NCBI GenBank assembly: GCA_965216635.1
Contig: OZ244188.1
Location: 96,001 to 160,000, forward strand
Reading direction: 5' to 3'
Origin: a bacterium
GTDB lineage: Bacteria > SAR324 > XYD2-FULL-50-16 > G965216635
Length of the DNA stretch: 64,000 bases
Part shown: positions 30,784-40,951 of the stretch, one piece after another
How the letters are laid out: each line of letters opens with the position of its first letter
How positions within the stretch are numbered: the first letter of the stretch is position 1
Made by a program: the position numbers and the translations under genes
Notes under the pieces: model-generated
Database searches by the model: none
What the model was told of the DNA's origin: nothing
What the model saw: the letters and a program-made list of their open reading frames with translations, nothing else

Positions 30784-32520
30784 CTAAAAGGCAAACCCAA
30801 ATGTCAACCCGCTTGTAATTCCTCCTCCATCTGTTTCTGTAGTTTGCTGATTTGCATTATTAGTTAATTCAAAAGTAGCCGAAGATCTTCGCCAATAGTA
30901 GCCTATATTAAAGCCAGAATTAAAAATATACTTTATACCAGTTTCAAAATAAGTACCAGAACCACTTCCGCTTTCTACGGTATTTAGATATTCTCTACTA
31001 TGCGAAATATTGACTATACCAGCTCCTAGAAAAAAATCCACCAAACCATTACCCAATAAATGCCATTTCACCCCCAAAGAAGACTCAATATTTTTAATGG
31101 ATAGATTTTCTGTGCGACTACGAGATACTTGACGTGTCTTTGTGACATAACTAGCTACTTGGCGAGTGAGAGTCCCTGTTTCATAGTGAGAGAAGACTTG
31201 GCTAGTGTCTATAAGGTTACGAGTTACTTGGCGAGTTTCTGTATCATAGTAAAGTACTTGGATAGTTTCTATGAGGTTATGAGGTATTTGGCGAATGAAA
31301 GTTTTTGTATAATAGTAAGATACTATGGTAGTTTCTATGCTGTTATGAGGTATTTGGCGAGTTAGAGTCTCTGTTTCATAGTGAGAAAGTACAAATTTCA
31401 CCACTATTTCGATAGTCTCTTCATATTCCCATTTAATACACCGCATAGCACCCACGAACAGTAATTGTTGATAACAAGAAGAATTATAACCCTTAGGTTC
31501 AGCAACTTCTTTTGCACAGTGATAGGTATCGCCAATTCTAATTGCTCCTATATAAGAACCTATCATCTTACAGGCCTCACCTGCAACAAATATATCACTT
31601 CCTATGACGACTGTAGCACCATCCCAATCATAACAATTATCGTCATTAGATTCAAAGAAAACACAGCGAAAATCAAGACCAGGTTTGGATATTTCGCTTG
31701 GTCTGATGATTTCTTCTACATCATAGGTTTCATCTGTATAGCGAGCGACTGTTGCGTCGTAAGTCTCGTCTAGATAGTAAATTTTTCCTGTATCAGAGGT
31801 TTCCTCTACATCGAGAGTGACTGTTGCATCGTAAGTCTCGTCTAGATAGTAAATTTCTCCTGTATCGTAGGTTTCATCTACATAGCGAGTAGCTACTGTT
31901 GCGTCGTAAGTCTCGTCTAAATAGTAAATTTTTCCTGTATCGTAGGTTTCATCTGTATAGCGAGCTACTGTTGCGTCGTAAGTCTCGTCTACATAATAAT
32001 AGTCAGAATAGTCTATATAGCTCTCAGTTTCATTATTCACAACAGTTCTATTTATATCCCCTTTAGATAATAGATAGCCTGCGGCAAAACTAAATTTAGG
32101 TGTAATATAATAATTCAATAAAACCCCAGTTGTGACAAGTTTTTCGTCCCTCTCTCCTTTTACTTTTTTTTTACCAATAAAAATATCTATAGCAAAAATT
32201 GGAGGTCTTTTAGAACTTGAAACTTCTAAAGTTCTTTCTGCAAAACTTTCTGGAGTTTCAATAGAGTCACTAGAAATTAAAACTTCTAAGTTCTCTTCTG
32301 CTGAATTTTCAGTAGCGTCATTATCTTCTTGATTAAATTTTAAATTACAGATTTCTTTCGCTTGATTTATAGATTCTTCAGCATTAGCACCTTCACTTTC
32401 TGCTTTGAGTCGTTCTACTTCAAAACAATCATCAAAACTATTTTTTTGAGCTAAAAGACTAGACAAAGCAAAAAGAAAAAACCCTAAAATAAGGATTAAA
32501 AACAATACAATCTTTTTCAT
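30784..32520 (-). CDS. Predicted outer-membrane beta-barrel protein with a repeat-built loop insertion and central Cys-rich domain
   Basis: Signal peptide; strands PKFSFAAGY, LGVKWHL, DFFLGAGI, ETGIKYIF, GFNIGYYW, C-terminal GLTFGFAF; internal YLDETYDATV and TRQIPHN repeats flanking a 6-Cys segment. Confidence 0.72.
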   Translation of the reverse strand: MKKIVLFLILILGFFLFALSSLLAQKNSFDDCFEVERLKAESEGANAEESINQAKEICNLKFNQEDNDATENSAEENLEVLISSDSIETPESFAERTLEVSSSKRPPIFAIDIFIGKKKVKGERDEKLVTTGVLLNYYITPKFSFAAGYLLSKGDINRTVVNNETESYIDYSDYYYVDETYDATVARYTDETYDTGKIYYLDETYDATVATRYVDETYDTGEIYYLDETYDATVTLDVEETSDTGKIYYLDETYDATVARYTDETYDVEEIIRPSEISKPGLDFRCVFFESNDDNCYDWDGATVVIGSDIFVAGEACKMIGSYIGAIRIGDTYHCAKEVAEPKGYNSSCYQQLLFVGAMRCIKWEYEETIEIVVKFVLSHYETETLTRQIPHNSIETTIVSYYYTKTFIRQIPHNLIETIQVLYYDTETRQVTRNLIDTSQVFSHYETGTLTRQVASYVTKTRQVSRSRTENLSIKNIESSLGVKWHLLGNGLVDFFLGAGIVNISHSREYLNTVESGSGSGTYFETGIKYIFNSGFNIGYYWRRSSATFELTNNANQQTTETDGGGITSGLTFGFAF

Positions 32521-32599
32521 AAGAATTTATTAGTTAAGGGTTCAAAATCAATAATTCCCCAAAAAACAAATAAATCAAAAAGCCATAGAGAAAATAGCA

Positions 32600-33275
32600 G
32601 TAAAAAACAAATAAATCAAAACAAATAAATCAGAACAAATAAATCTCTCAAACAAGCAAACCACTGAAAATGGTAGCAAAAATAATAATAAAAAACAAAT
32701 AAATCAAAATAAATAAATCTCTCAAACAGACAAACCACTGAAAATGGTAGCAAAAACAATAATAAAAAACAAATAAATCAAAACAAATAAATCTCTCAAA
32801 CAGACAAACCACTGAAAATGGTAGCAAAAATAATAATAAAAAACAAATAAATCAAAATAAATAAATCTCTCAAACAGACAAACTACTGAAAATGGTAGCA
32901 AAAATAATAATAAAAAACAAATAAATCAAAACAAATAAATCTCTCAAACAACCAAAGCACTGAAAATGGTAGCAAAAATAATAATAAAAAACAAATAAAT
33001 CAAAACAAATAAATCTCTCAAACAACCAAAGCACTGAAAATGGTAGCAAAAATAATAATAAAAAACAAATAAATCTCTCAAACAACCAAAGCACTGAAAA
33101 TGGTAGCAAAAACAATAATAAAAAACAAATAAATCAAAACAAATAAATCTCTCAAACAAACCAAACCACTGAAAATGGTAGCAAAAATAATAATAAAAAA
33201 CAAATAAATCAAAACAAATAAATCTCTCAAACAAACCAAACCACTGAAAATGGTAGCAAAAATAATAATAAAAAA
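32600..33275. repeat. 74-75 bp tandem repeat array, 9 units
   Basis: CTGAAAATGGTAGCAAAAA recurs at 32664, 32738, 32812, 32886, 32960, 33034, 33094, 33169, 33244 (one 60-bp deleted unit). Confidence 0.95.
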
Positions 33276-33437
33276 TAAAATTATTGAATAATAAGCTATT
33301 TCCAATAGAATCATTCAAAAATGTTAAATCATTTTCTTAAAATACAAAAAACTGATTTTTTTAAAATGCTGTAGAGGCAAATTTTTCCAGCGGGATTTTT
33401 CGAGAGTTAATGAGCAGGATAGAAAACCAACATATTA

Positions 33438-33722
33438 TAGATCTTTGAATTTCGCTGATGCTTGCCCCGCTATTGGGGCTAGCCAAATGGTTAGAACAGG
33501 TGCAAAAAAAATTTTTAGCTCGCAGGAATACTCAAGTATTTCAAGGGACAAATTTTTTTTTTAATGGCGTAGCAAAAGACACTATAACCCTTGCATTAAG
33601 CAAGAATGAACTGTGAAACAGCCCTTTGGCTGTTTCACAAATAGCCCATAAAAAGCGTCAAGCAATAAGCTTGCTTTGGCTAAACAGCTAGTTTTGTCCT
33701 ATTTGGCAAATTCAAAAGGCTA
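33438..33722 (+). mobile_element. MITE-like repeat, full-length copy
   Basis: TAGATCTTTGAATTTCGC ... GGCAAATTCAAAAGGCTA; colinear with 4140-4398 but with a different hairpin TGTGAAACAGCC-CTTT-GGCTGTTTCACA. Confidence 0.85.
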
Positions 33723-33724
33723 TA

Positions 33725-34081
33725 TTATAGATTTTCATTCTCAGCGGAGAAATCAGATGATAATTCATTGAGTTTCTGATTGACTTTAAAAGCCCGCTTC
33801 CCCGAATCGTCGTAGCGAAAAACAAGTTCAGGGATTTTGCGAAAGGATAATTTTTGAGCTAGTTTTCTTTTTAAAATATAGCGCATAGAATGAAGTTTTT
33901 GCTCTACTTTTTTGCTATCTCCTCCAATGACAGAGATAAATATATCTGCTCTTTCTAAATTCTTGGTAAGGTTGACCTTTGAAAGACTTACAATGCCTGT
34001 AAAATTATCTGTGTAGTGCGACAAAATTTCTGATAATTTTATTTTTAGTGTTTTTTCTTTTCTGTTTTGAACGATAGACAT
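33725..34081 (-). CDS. rbfA: Ribosome-binding factor A
   Basis: VSLSKVNLTKNLERADIFISV, LAQKLSFRKIPELVFRYDDS. Confidence 0.85.
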   Translation of the reverse strand: MSIVQNRKEKTLKIKLSEILSHYTDNFTGIVSLSKVNLTKNLERADIFISVIGGDSKKVEQKLHSMRYILKRKLAQKLSFRKIPELVFRYDDSGKRAFKVNQKLNELSSDFSAENENL

Positions 34082-34108
34082 TTTTGTTTTAAGACTACTA
34101 GGTTAGTA

Positions 34109-34143
34109 TAGACCTTTGAATTTCGCTGATGCTTACCACGCTA
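34109..34143 (+). repeat. Isolated left end of the MITE-like repeat between recC and rbfA
   Basis: TAGACCTTTGAATTTCGCTGATGCTT matches the 33438 copy start. Confidence 0.7.
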
Positions 34144-37100
34144 TTATGACTCTAAAAATTTTTCTACAGGCGCAACAATTTTCCGTTCATATTCCAAAAC
34201 AACCAAGTTTAAATTTTGTGTATTTGGAAAACATAAATTCCAAAAATAATAATTTTCTTTTGCACTGTGCGAAATTTTCTGAAAAAAATCCACTTTTTTT
34301 TTTTCTAGAAACTCCTCTATAATCGTAGCATCAAAAGCCAGTGGCTGCTGTAAACCTTTTTTGTAGAGTGCTATCAAATCTGTTAAGTAATCTTTAGCTT
34401 GCGGGACAAATTTTAATTTTCTCTTTAAGACTAATTCTTTTTTTAGATCTAATCCAAACCAGTAGGATTCAGGTTTTTTGTCGGCTAGATGGTAGCATAA
34501 AAAAAGGTGCTTGATCCAAAAAACTATTTTTCTTTTGAGTTTGAAATGGGCTGGACTATTATAAATTGCCAATTTTTCTCTATACACTGGACAACCTCCA
34601 TAAATACTCATTTCACACAGGTTGGTTTGAAAGGCTATATTTAAAGATAGATTTCCTTGTTTTAGCTCTAAAATGTTCTGCCACCATTTGTTGAGTAGTG
34701 TTTGGTGAGGAATCCAAGCTTTCTCTCCCAAGGGTCGGGGTGGAAAATTTTTGTGCTGATAAAATTGCTCTAGTATTTGTTTGTCGTCCTGTTTGCTTTC
34801 TTTCTTTTTATGGGCTTTGAGGACAAGCCATTTTTTAGCAAACTCATAAGTTTTTAAAGCATCCCAATAGTAATTCTGCCAGTCATTCTGCCAGTCATTC
34901 TGCCAATCACTCTGCCATGAATTCGGATAAGCATTTGGAGCAGGTAGTCTTTTTTGTTTTTCCAATTTTAAAATATGCCGACAATAATACTGCACAGGGG
35001 ATACAAAAAATTGCAAAAAATCTTTCATAAAAATTGCTTTAGGAAGTTTATCGGATTGCCCCAAAGTAGTTGCCAATTCAGGGGAATATTGAATAGCGGG
35101 AGAGGGATGGATTTTTACCTGATCAATTTTTACCTGATCAGTTTTTACCTGATCAATTTTTTTTGGGGGAATAGATTGCTCTAATTGGGCTAGCTGGTAA
35201 AAATAGGAAGAATAAGACTGGTAGTGATTGTTTTCATTCGCTTCAAAATAACGACTATCAAAGGGATAAAGGTAATGCTGTTTAAAGAAAGGCAATGCCT
35301 CGTAGTTAGCGACTCCTAGTTTATCGCTTAAAAATTTCAAGAGATGCAGCAAAGCCAGTGAGGGTAGTGTTTTTTTGTTGTCTTGAATATTCCAACCTAC
35401 AAAACTGAAATATAAGTATTCTTCGGCACAAAGAATGGTTTCCAAAAATATATAAAGTTCTTCGTTCTTGATATCGTGAATCCCTGTTTTTCTTTGAAAC
35501 CCGAGTTTCTTTTTTTGTAGTAATCTGTAGATTAAATTCAAATCGGAGTGATTGTCTGCATGGCTTTCCATTCTAGGAAAAGCACCGTCGTCTAAACCTA
35601 AAAAACAAATTACCCGAAAGGGAATACTACGCATAGGTTGAATTTTACAAAAAGTGATACCAAAATCTAAAAACTTTTTTTCTGTTCTTGTTTTAAGCAG
35701 AGTCTCTTCAAAAAACTGCTTTAAGTAGCAAAACATATTTTGATAATCTAGTTTTTGTCTAAAATATTGGATACCTTGCTCTAATTTTTGTGTTAATTGA
35801 AAAAGTAGTCCGCTAAAAGATTCGTCTAATTCAAAAAGTTCTCCAAAAATAAATTGTAGACTTGTCTGCCATTCGTCCAGTCTTTGAGGTCTAAAACAGC
35901 CTTTTTCTTTATCACAAATTTTTAAAATTAAAGATATAAAATCAAAAAACTTACCCAGTATAACATAGCTTTGAGAGTCTATGCTAATGTTACAGATGGC
36001 TTTTGTGTCTTCTCCTTGTTCTTCTAAAAGGCAAGCAATAAGAATTTTTTCTTGTTTGTTTTTCCAATTGAACTCATCTTCTAAAAAAGATGCTTTGATA
36101 GCTAAATCGTCTTTTTTTAAAAAAAATCCAGAATTTTCTAAAATAGAAAATAGTTTATCTAGGTCTTCCTGATTGAGCTGCATTTTTTTTCTGATTTCCT
36201 CGCACTCCAGCAAATTCCATATAGCTTTGGATGCTAATTTTTTACGGGGCAGTTCTGCTAATTCTAATAGATAAAGGTGCCAAGAATCAAAATTTGTCCT
36301 TTCTGCGATAGAATAGGGAATATAGGGTTTAGAGCCTGAAAATACCTGTTCAATATAAGAGGCATAATCGGAAATTTGCGCACTTTTAACTAAAATATGT
36401 TTTGGTTCAAGAGACGGGTCCGCATCTAAAATTTTCAGCAAATAATTATAAAGTTCTTCTACTTCCCTTCTTTTGTGATGGCAGCTATGCACAGTAATGG
36501 AATCGTCTTTTTCTTGGCTCAGACCAGAACAAGCCCAGTGAGGTTCTATCGTGGGTTGCAGGATACTATTTTGCAGTTGTGCTAATAAATGCTTTTTTTT
36601 AGGCAACGAGTAACTCTCGTCTATTAAATGGTTATCCCAATCAAATTCAAGCATCGTGTATTGAAATTCTAGCTCTTTTTTTCCGAAAGCCATCAAAAGC
36701 GGGTGTCCCATTTGTAAATGGATTGTTTCAAATTCTTTTTGTTTTTGATCGTCTTTTAAGAATTTTAGTTTTTTTTTGATGATTCCTCTATCGCTCAACA
36801 GCTCGCCTAAGTATTCTAGACTAACATTCTTGTAGAAAAAATGAACATCTATAATTTGCGAAAGAAAAGAGAAAAGGCGGACATAGATAGTGGGCAGATA
36901 GCTAATACCAAAAATGGTTATTTTTTTAAGCGGTTGAATGTTTTTTTTGAGTTCAACGAGAGCAGTGCCAATATTTCTATCAAAGAGATTTTGACTCCAA
37001 TGGGAAATGTGGCTGTATTTTTCTTTATCAAAAAGTTGTTGCCAAAATTTTTTTTGAATACTTACTATATCTTCGTCTCCAGAATCAGAAAATTCTTCGT

Positions 37101-37518
37101 GTTGGAAAATATCAGGATAAAAAAGAGCATACTGCTGAAAAAGATTGGCTAATTTTAGTGCTAAAAAATAAAGTTCTTTGGAGTTTTGTCTTTGTAGGTA
37201 GCTATTGAATTTATTTTCTTCTTCATAAAACTGCAATAGCAAATCCAGTATTTTCCAGTTCCAATCTTCTTCAGCTAAAAGAAATTTTTCAGGTAACGGT
37301 TGAAAAAGTTGTTGTAAAAAATGGTTGGGAGAAAAAAATTTCAAGTTAGCACTGATCCCTTGTATTTGCATCATCTGCAATTCAATCCAACGGCTAATAC
37401 TATAATTACCAATGATTACGTAATCAGGCTGTAAAATATTTTCTGTGCTATTGGCTAAGACAGAAGTTAGCTTTTTTAAAAGCTCTTTTTGTGAATTACT
37501 GCGATAAACAAAAAGCAT
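34144..37518 (-). CDS. recC: Exodeoxyribonuclease V gamma subunit
   Basis: VYRSN start, HPLLMAFGK, VHSCHHKRREVEEL, PYSIAE, PMRSIPFRVICFLGLDDGAFPR. Confidence 0.9.
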   Translation of the reverse strand: MLFVYRSNSQKELLKKLTSVLANSTENILQPDYVIIGNYSISRWIELQMMQIQGISANLKFFSPNHFLQQLFQPLPEKFLLAEEDWNWKILDLLLQFYEEENKFNSYLQRQNSKELYFLALKLANLFQQYALFYPDIFQHEEFSDSGDEDIVSIQKKFWQQLFDKEKYSHISHWSQNLFDRNIGTALVELKKNIQPLKKITIFGISYLPTIYVRLFSFLSQIIDVHFFYKNVSLEYLGELLSDRGIIKKKLKFLKDDQKQKEFETIHLQMGHPLLMAFGKKELEFQYTMLEFDWDNHLIDESYSLPKKKHLLAQLQNSILQPTIEPHWACSGLSQEKDDSITVHSCHHKRREVEELYNYLLKILDADPSLEPKHILVKSAQISDYASYIEQVFSGSKPYIPYSIAERTNFDSWHLYLLELAELPRKKLASKAIWNLLECEEIRKKMQLNQEDLDKLFSILENSGFFLKKDDLAIKASFLEDEFNWKNKQEKILIACLLEEQGEDTKAICNISIDSQSYVILGKFFDFISLILKICDKEKGCFRPQRLDEWQTSLQFIFGELFELDESFSGLLFQLTQKLEQGIQYFRQKLDYQNMFCYLKQFFEETLLKTRTEKKFLDFGITFCKIQPMRSIPFRVICFLGLDDGAFPRMESHADNHSDLNLIYRLLQKKKLGFQRKTGIHDIKNEELYIFLETILCAEEYLYFSFVGWNIQDNKKTLPSLALLHLLKFLSDKLGVANYEALPFFKQHYLYPFDSRYFEANENNHYQSYSSYFYQLAQLEQSIPPKKIDQVKTDQVKIDQVKIHPSPAIQYSPELATTLGQSDKLPKAIFMKDFLQFFVSPVQYYCRHILKLEKQKRLPAPNAYPNSWQSDWQNDWQNDWQNYYWDALKTYEFAKKWLVLKAHKKKESKQDDKQILEQFYQHKNFPPRPLGEKAWIPHQTLLNKWWQNILELKQGNLSLNIAFQTNLCEMSIYGGCPVYREKLAIYNSPAHFKLKRKIVFWIKHLFLCYHLADKKPESYWFGLDLKKELVLKRKLKFVPQAKDYLTDLIALYKKGLQQPLAFDATIIEEFLEKKKVDFFQKISHSAKENYYFWNLCFPNTQNLNLVVLEYERKIVAPVEKFLES

Positions 37519-37524
37519 GGCAGT

Positions 37525-38253
37525 CTAAAGAAGAATTGTTCGCAGAATCAATGATGCTCCAGCAAGCAAGCAAATAATCTGTATAATTTTTTTGAAATTT
37601 TCGGTATTGATATAAGTTATCACGAAAGGAGCCAAAAAAAATCCCAAGATAGCGCTAGGAATCCAAAGTATTGACAGAATAAGATGAGTTGTATTAGCAA
37701 TGCCTGCGATGGCTAAAGCTGTCAGAGAAATAATGTTTCCCAGAATGAAATAAAAAGAAATAGTGCTTAAAAAAATATTTTTGGGACAATTTTGTAGCAC
37801 AATGGCTACAGCAGGTCCTCCCATTCCAGTAATTGTTCCCATAATTCCTCCACAAAATCCGCCTGAAAAAAGATTCCAAAAATGTGGTTGAATTTGCCAA
37901 CGGCAAATGCTTAAAAAAGTGCTAAAAATTAAAACAGCACCAATAAAGATATTTAAACCAATTGGATTGAAAATTCCAAAAATAACAACTGCTACCAAAA
38001 TACCGGGTAGACGACCCACTAGAATAAAGCTTAGTTTTTTGAAATCCAACGAATGTTGAAAACGAAATAGATTAAAAGCAGAGAGCATGCCTACAAGAAA
38101 AAGCGATGGCACTGGAACATAACTGGAATTTAGGAGCAACAAGCAAGGCGTTACTATGAGAGCAAAGCCGATTCCTACACTAGATTGTAATAAGGCTCCT
38201 AAAAAAACAATCAAACTTCCCCATAAAATATCACTTAAAATTAAAAATTCCAT
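37525..38253 (-). CDS. Sulfite exporter TauE/SafE family membrane protein
   Basis: LQSSVGIGFALIVTP, GIMGTITGMGGP; multiple TM helices. Confidence 0.85.
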   Translation of the reverse strand: MEFLILSDILWGSLIVFLGALLQSSVGIGFALIVTPCLLLLNSSYVPVPSLFLVGMLSAFNLFRFQHSLDFKKLSFILVGRLPGILVAVVIFGIFNPIGLNIFIGAVLIFSTFLSICRWQIQPHFWNLFSGGFCGGIMGTITGMGGPAVAIVLQNCPKNIFLSTISFYFILGNIISLTALAIAGIANTTHLILSILWIPSAILGFFLAPFVITYINTENFKKIIQIICLLAGASLILRTILL

Positions 38254-38347
38254 TTAGTCTGAAGCTCTCTCTTGTAGTAATTTGAAATTTTTATTTTACT
38301 TGAATAGCATTAGTTCTACAAGCGGTTTTATGAACGGAATAGTCTAT

Positions 38348-40144
38348 CTAAAGTTTTAGGTATTTTGGGAAAATAAATCCTTTTTCAAAAACTTTAAGGC
38401 AGGCTTCAACTGCTTCAATATTGTGAGTTTTCCCTTTCTCTTCTTGGATAACTTTCAAAGCAGCATCCAATCCCAAAGCTTTTCTATAAGGTCTTGCGTT
38501 TGTTATTGCTTCTACTGTATCGGCAACGGCTAGTATTTTTCCAATTAAAGATATTTTTTTATCTATAATACCTTTCGGGTAACCTGAACCATCCAACCTT
38601 TCGTGGTGGTGCAAAATACCATCTTTTATTTCTTGAGGAATGTCTAAATTTTTTATTATATCATGACCCATCAACACATGTTTTTGGATTTCTTGAAATT
38701 CTTTTTTCTTGAGTTTTCCTTTTTTTACAAGTAAGTCACTGGAAACTCCTATTTTACCAATATCGTGAATCAAAGCAGACAATTTAACACTTTCAATATA
38801 TTGTCCATCTAGTTTCATTTCTTTGGCAATAGATTCTGACAATTTACTAATACGAAACTGGTGTCCTGCGGTATAAGGGTCTCTTTTTTCTACCGTCATC
38901 CCAAAGGCTTGAATCATCTGTTGATTTGCTTTTTTTAATTTTTCATAAATTTCGTCTTTTTCTAGTTTTAATAGATAAAATCTATCTGCCAAGGCTAGCG
39001 AGAGAAAAGTAGCTTCAAAAAGAGAGCCTAATAGATTGATATGAGCCACAAAAGGGCTATAAGGTAAAACACCTCTAATATACAATACCCAAATCAGGAT
39101 AGAAAAAGTAAAAAAAACCCAGCCAACAAGAAAAAAACGTGCTTGTCTACAACCTCTTATATAACACACAATACCAATCCATAAGCCAAGTAAAACTAGC
39201 AGTACACCTTCTATTGAAATCATTTTAGTAGCTAAAAGAGTGTTTGTAGAATTAATAATTGCAGTAGATATTAGTAGAATTGCCAAAAAACCTAATGGGT
39301 AAATAGAACTTGGGAATCTTTTTTTTGTTTCTAAAAAATAATAGATATATCCAATCAAGGATAGCATTACAAAAATCCAAAAAAATATTCTAATTTTAGC
39401 AATAATATAAAATCCTAGTAAAACTTCCAGTTTGTAAAGACTAATAATGCCAGCTAACAACCAAAAGAATAGGTAGGAAATATAAAACAAATAGGCTTTA
39501 TCACCAAAAGAGATGAATATAAACAAATTATAGATTAAAAGCAGAACTACAGCTCCACTAAAAATGCCTAATAAAAGTGTTTTTTTATAGATACCTGTTG
39601 AAATTTTTGTATTTGTAATGGAAAAGGGGAAAACAACATAACCGTAAATATCAGAATGAACAAAAATTTTTAAGTCTTTGTTTTCTAACAATTCTGGTGG
39701 AATGGGGATAAAGATAAGCGGGAATTTTTTTTGTAACTGATAGTCTTTCACACTTGGAATTTCTATTGTATCCACTACTTGATCGGCAACTACAAAATAA
39801 ACAGAAAGATTTTTGAAATCAAAGTTAAAATAGTTATCCATTACAATGAACCACTCTTTTTTTTCGGAAAGATTTTGAATAGTCGGGAATTCTAACCAGT
39901 AATTAGCATTTCCATAGCTTAAATAAATAACATCTTCTTCGCCTTGCACAAAAGATTTATTGAATTTTCCAGAAAGTACATCTTCTATTGAAACACTCCT
40001 ATTTTTATCTTCTAAAAAACGGATGTACTTCCCTAATAGAAAAGAATCTTGCTCGTTATTCAATACAATTTTTGAAGCAAACAAACTTGGGCATAAAAAT
40101 ACAAAGAATCCTAATATAAAGACTAGTTTTGAAAACAATTTCAT
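38348..40144 (-). CDS. 7TM-DISM receptor with HD-GYP c-di-GMP phosphodiesterase domain
   Basis: Periplasmic N-domain, LIYNLFIF...YLFY 7TM region ending LSLALADR, RDPYTAGH, HDIGK, HHERLDGSGYP. Confidence 0.9.
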   Translation of the reverse strand: MKLFSKLVFILGFFVFLCPSLFASKIVLNNEQDSFLLGKYIRFLEDKNRSVSIEDVLSGKFNKSFVQGEEDVIYLSYGNANYWLEFPTIQNLSEKKEWFIVMDNYFNFDFKNLSVYFVVADQVVDTIEIPSVKDYQLQKKFPLIFIPIPPELLENKDLKIFVHSDIYGYVVFPFSITNTKISTGIYKKTLLLGIFSGAVVLLLIYNLFIFISFGDKAYLFYISYLFFWLLAGIISLYKLEVLLGFYIIAKIRIFFWIFVMLSLIGYIYYFLETKKRFPSSIYPLGFLAILLISTAIINSTNTLLATKMISIEGVLLVLLGLWIGIVCYIRGCRQARFFLVGWVFFTFSILIWVLYIRGVLPYSPFVAHINLLGSLFEATFLSLALADRFYLLKLEKDEIYEKLKKANQQMIQAFGMTVEKRDPYTAGHQFRISKLSESIAKEMKLDGQYIESVKLSALIHDIGKIGVSSDLLVKKGKLKKKEFQEIQKHVLMGHDIIKNLDIPQEIKDGILHHHERLDGSGYPKGIIDKKISLIGKILAVADTVEAITNARPYRKALGLDAALKVIQEEKGKTHNIEAVEACLKVFEKGFIFPKYLKL

Positions 40145-40178
40145 TTTTAAGCGATGTAATAATTAATTAATAAAATTT

Positions 40179-40772
40179 TTATTTTTTTTTGCTATTTTTA
40201 TCTTTTTGTAGAGCAAACATAGGATTGTTTCTATCATCTGGATGCATCTTGTCTCTATCTTTTTTATCCAAATGCCAGAATGATTTAGAAATAGGAACAT
40301 AGGAGTCTTTTTTATTGTGATGAAACGGACACCACCAAACTTCTACCACTTTTACTAGATAGCTACACCATTCTAGTAAAGCAATACTGATAGGACAATA
40401 CCAAGTACAATTAAAAAGCCAAAATAATTTAGAATGATTCAAAGAAAAACGGCTTCCCATGACAATTTGAGTTTTGTAGGTATACCTATGAGATTTTGGA
40501 TCTGGCATAAAATTTTTTAACTTTTTCAGAGTTTTACTAGCTCCCATTAATTTTAAATGCCAATAACAAGCGAGCCCAATAAGATATAAAAATATCCAAG
40601 AACCTAGCAAAAAAGGAATATAAATTATAGGAATACCTAGAATTTTCAAAAAAATATTTCTTTTCTTAAAATCCTCACCAATAGAAACTCTATGGCATTC
40701 CGAACAGCTCTTTGGTGAACTAAAAGGATTAGTTTCTTGAAAAGAGCTTTCTGAATCTTTATTTTTTTTCAT
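40179..40772 (-). CDS. Hypothetical membrane protein with Cys/His/Trp motifs
   Basis: CSEC, one hydrophobic stretch, FNCTWYCP, WWCPFHH. Confidence 0.65.
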   Translation of the reverse strand: MKKNKDSESSFQETNPFSSPKSCSECHRVSIGEDFKKRNIFLKILGIPIIYIPFLLGSWIFLYLIGLACYWHLKLMGASKTLKKLKNFMPDPKSHRYTYKTQIVMGSRFSLNHSKLFWLFNCTWYCPISIALLEWCSYLVKVVEVWWCPFHHNKKDSYVPISKSFWHLDKKDRDKMHPDDRNNPMFALQKDKNSKKK

Positions 40773-40951
40773 AATTTTTTTATTTTATTATTTTTAAACC
40801 AACAGATAAATCAACAAACCTTTGGAATATCCCAAAATTTTTTTTGTGAACAGGTATTACTAAAATCTACACAATTGAAAATGCCTGCCCCCAATAAAAG
40901 GTAGCCAAGAATCGTTGGCTGATACCAAAAAAGAGCTAATTACTTCATTTT

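Noticed and set aside
32600..33275. CRISPR array
   Set aside because: Units are repeated head to tail with only a few variable bases; no unique spacers and no cas genes in the window
32870..33318. Three hydrophobic minus-strand ORFs in the ORF track
   Set aside because: They are frame-shifting translations of a T-rich 74-bp repeat and overlap each other
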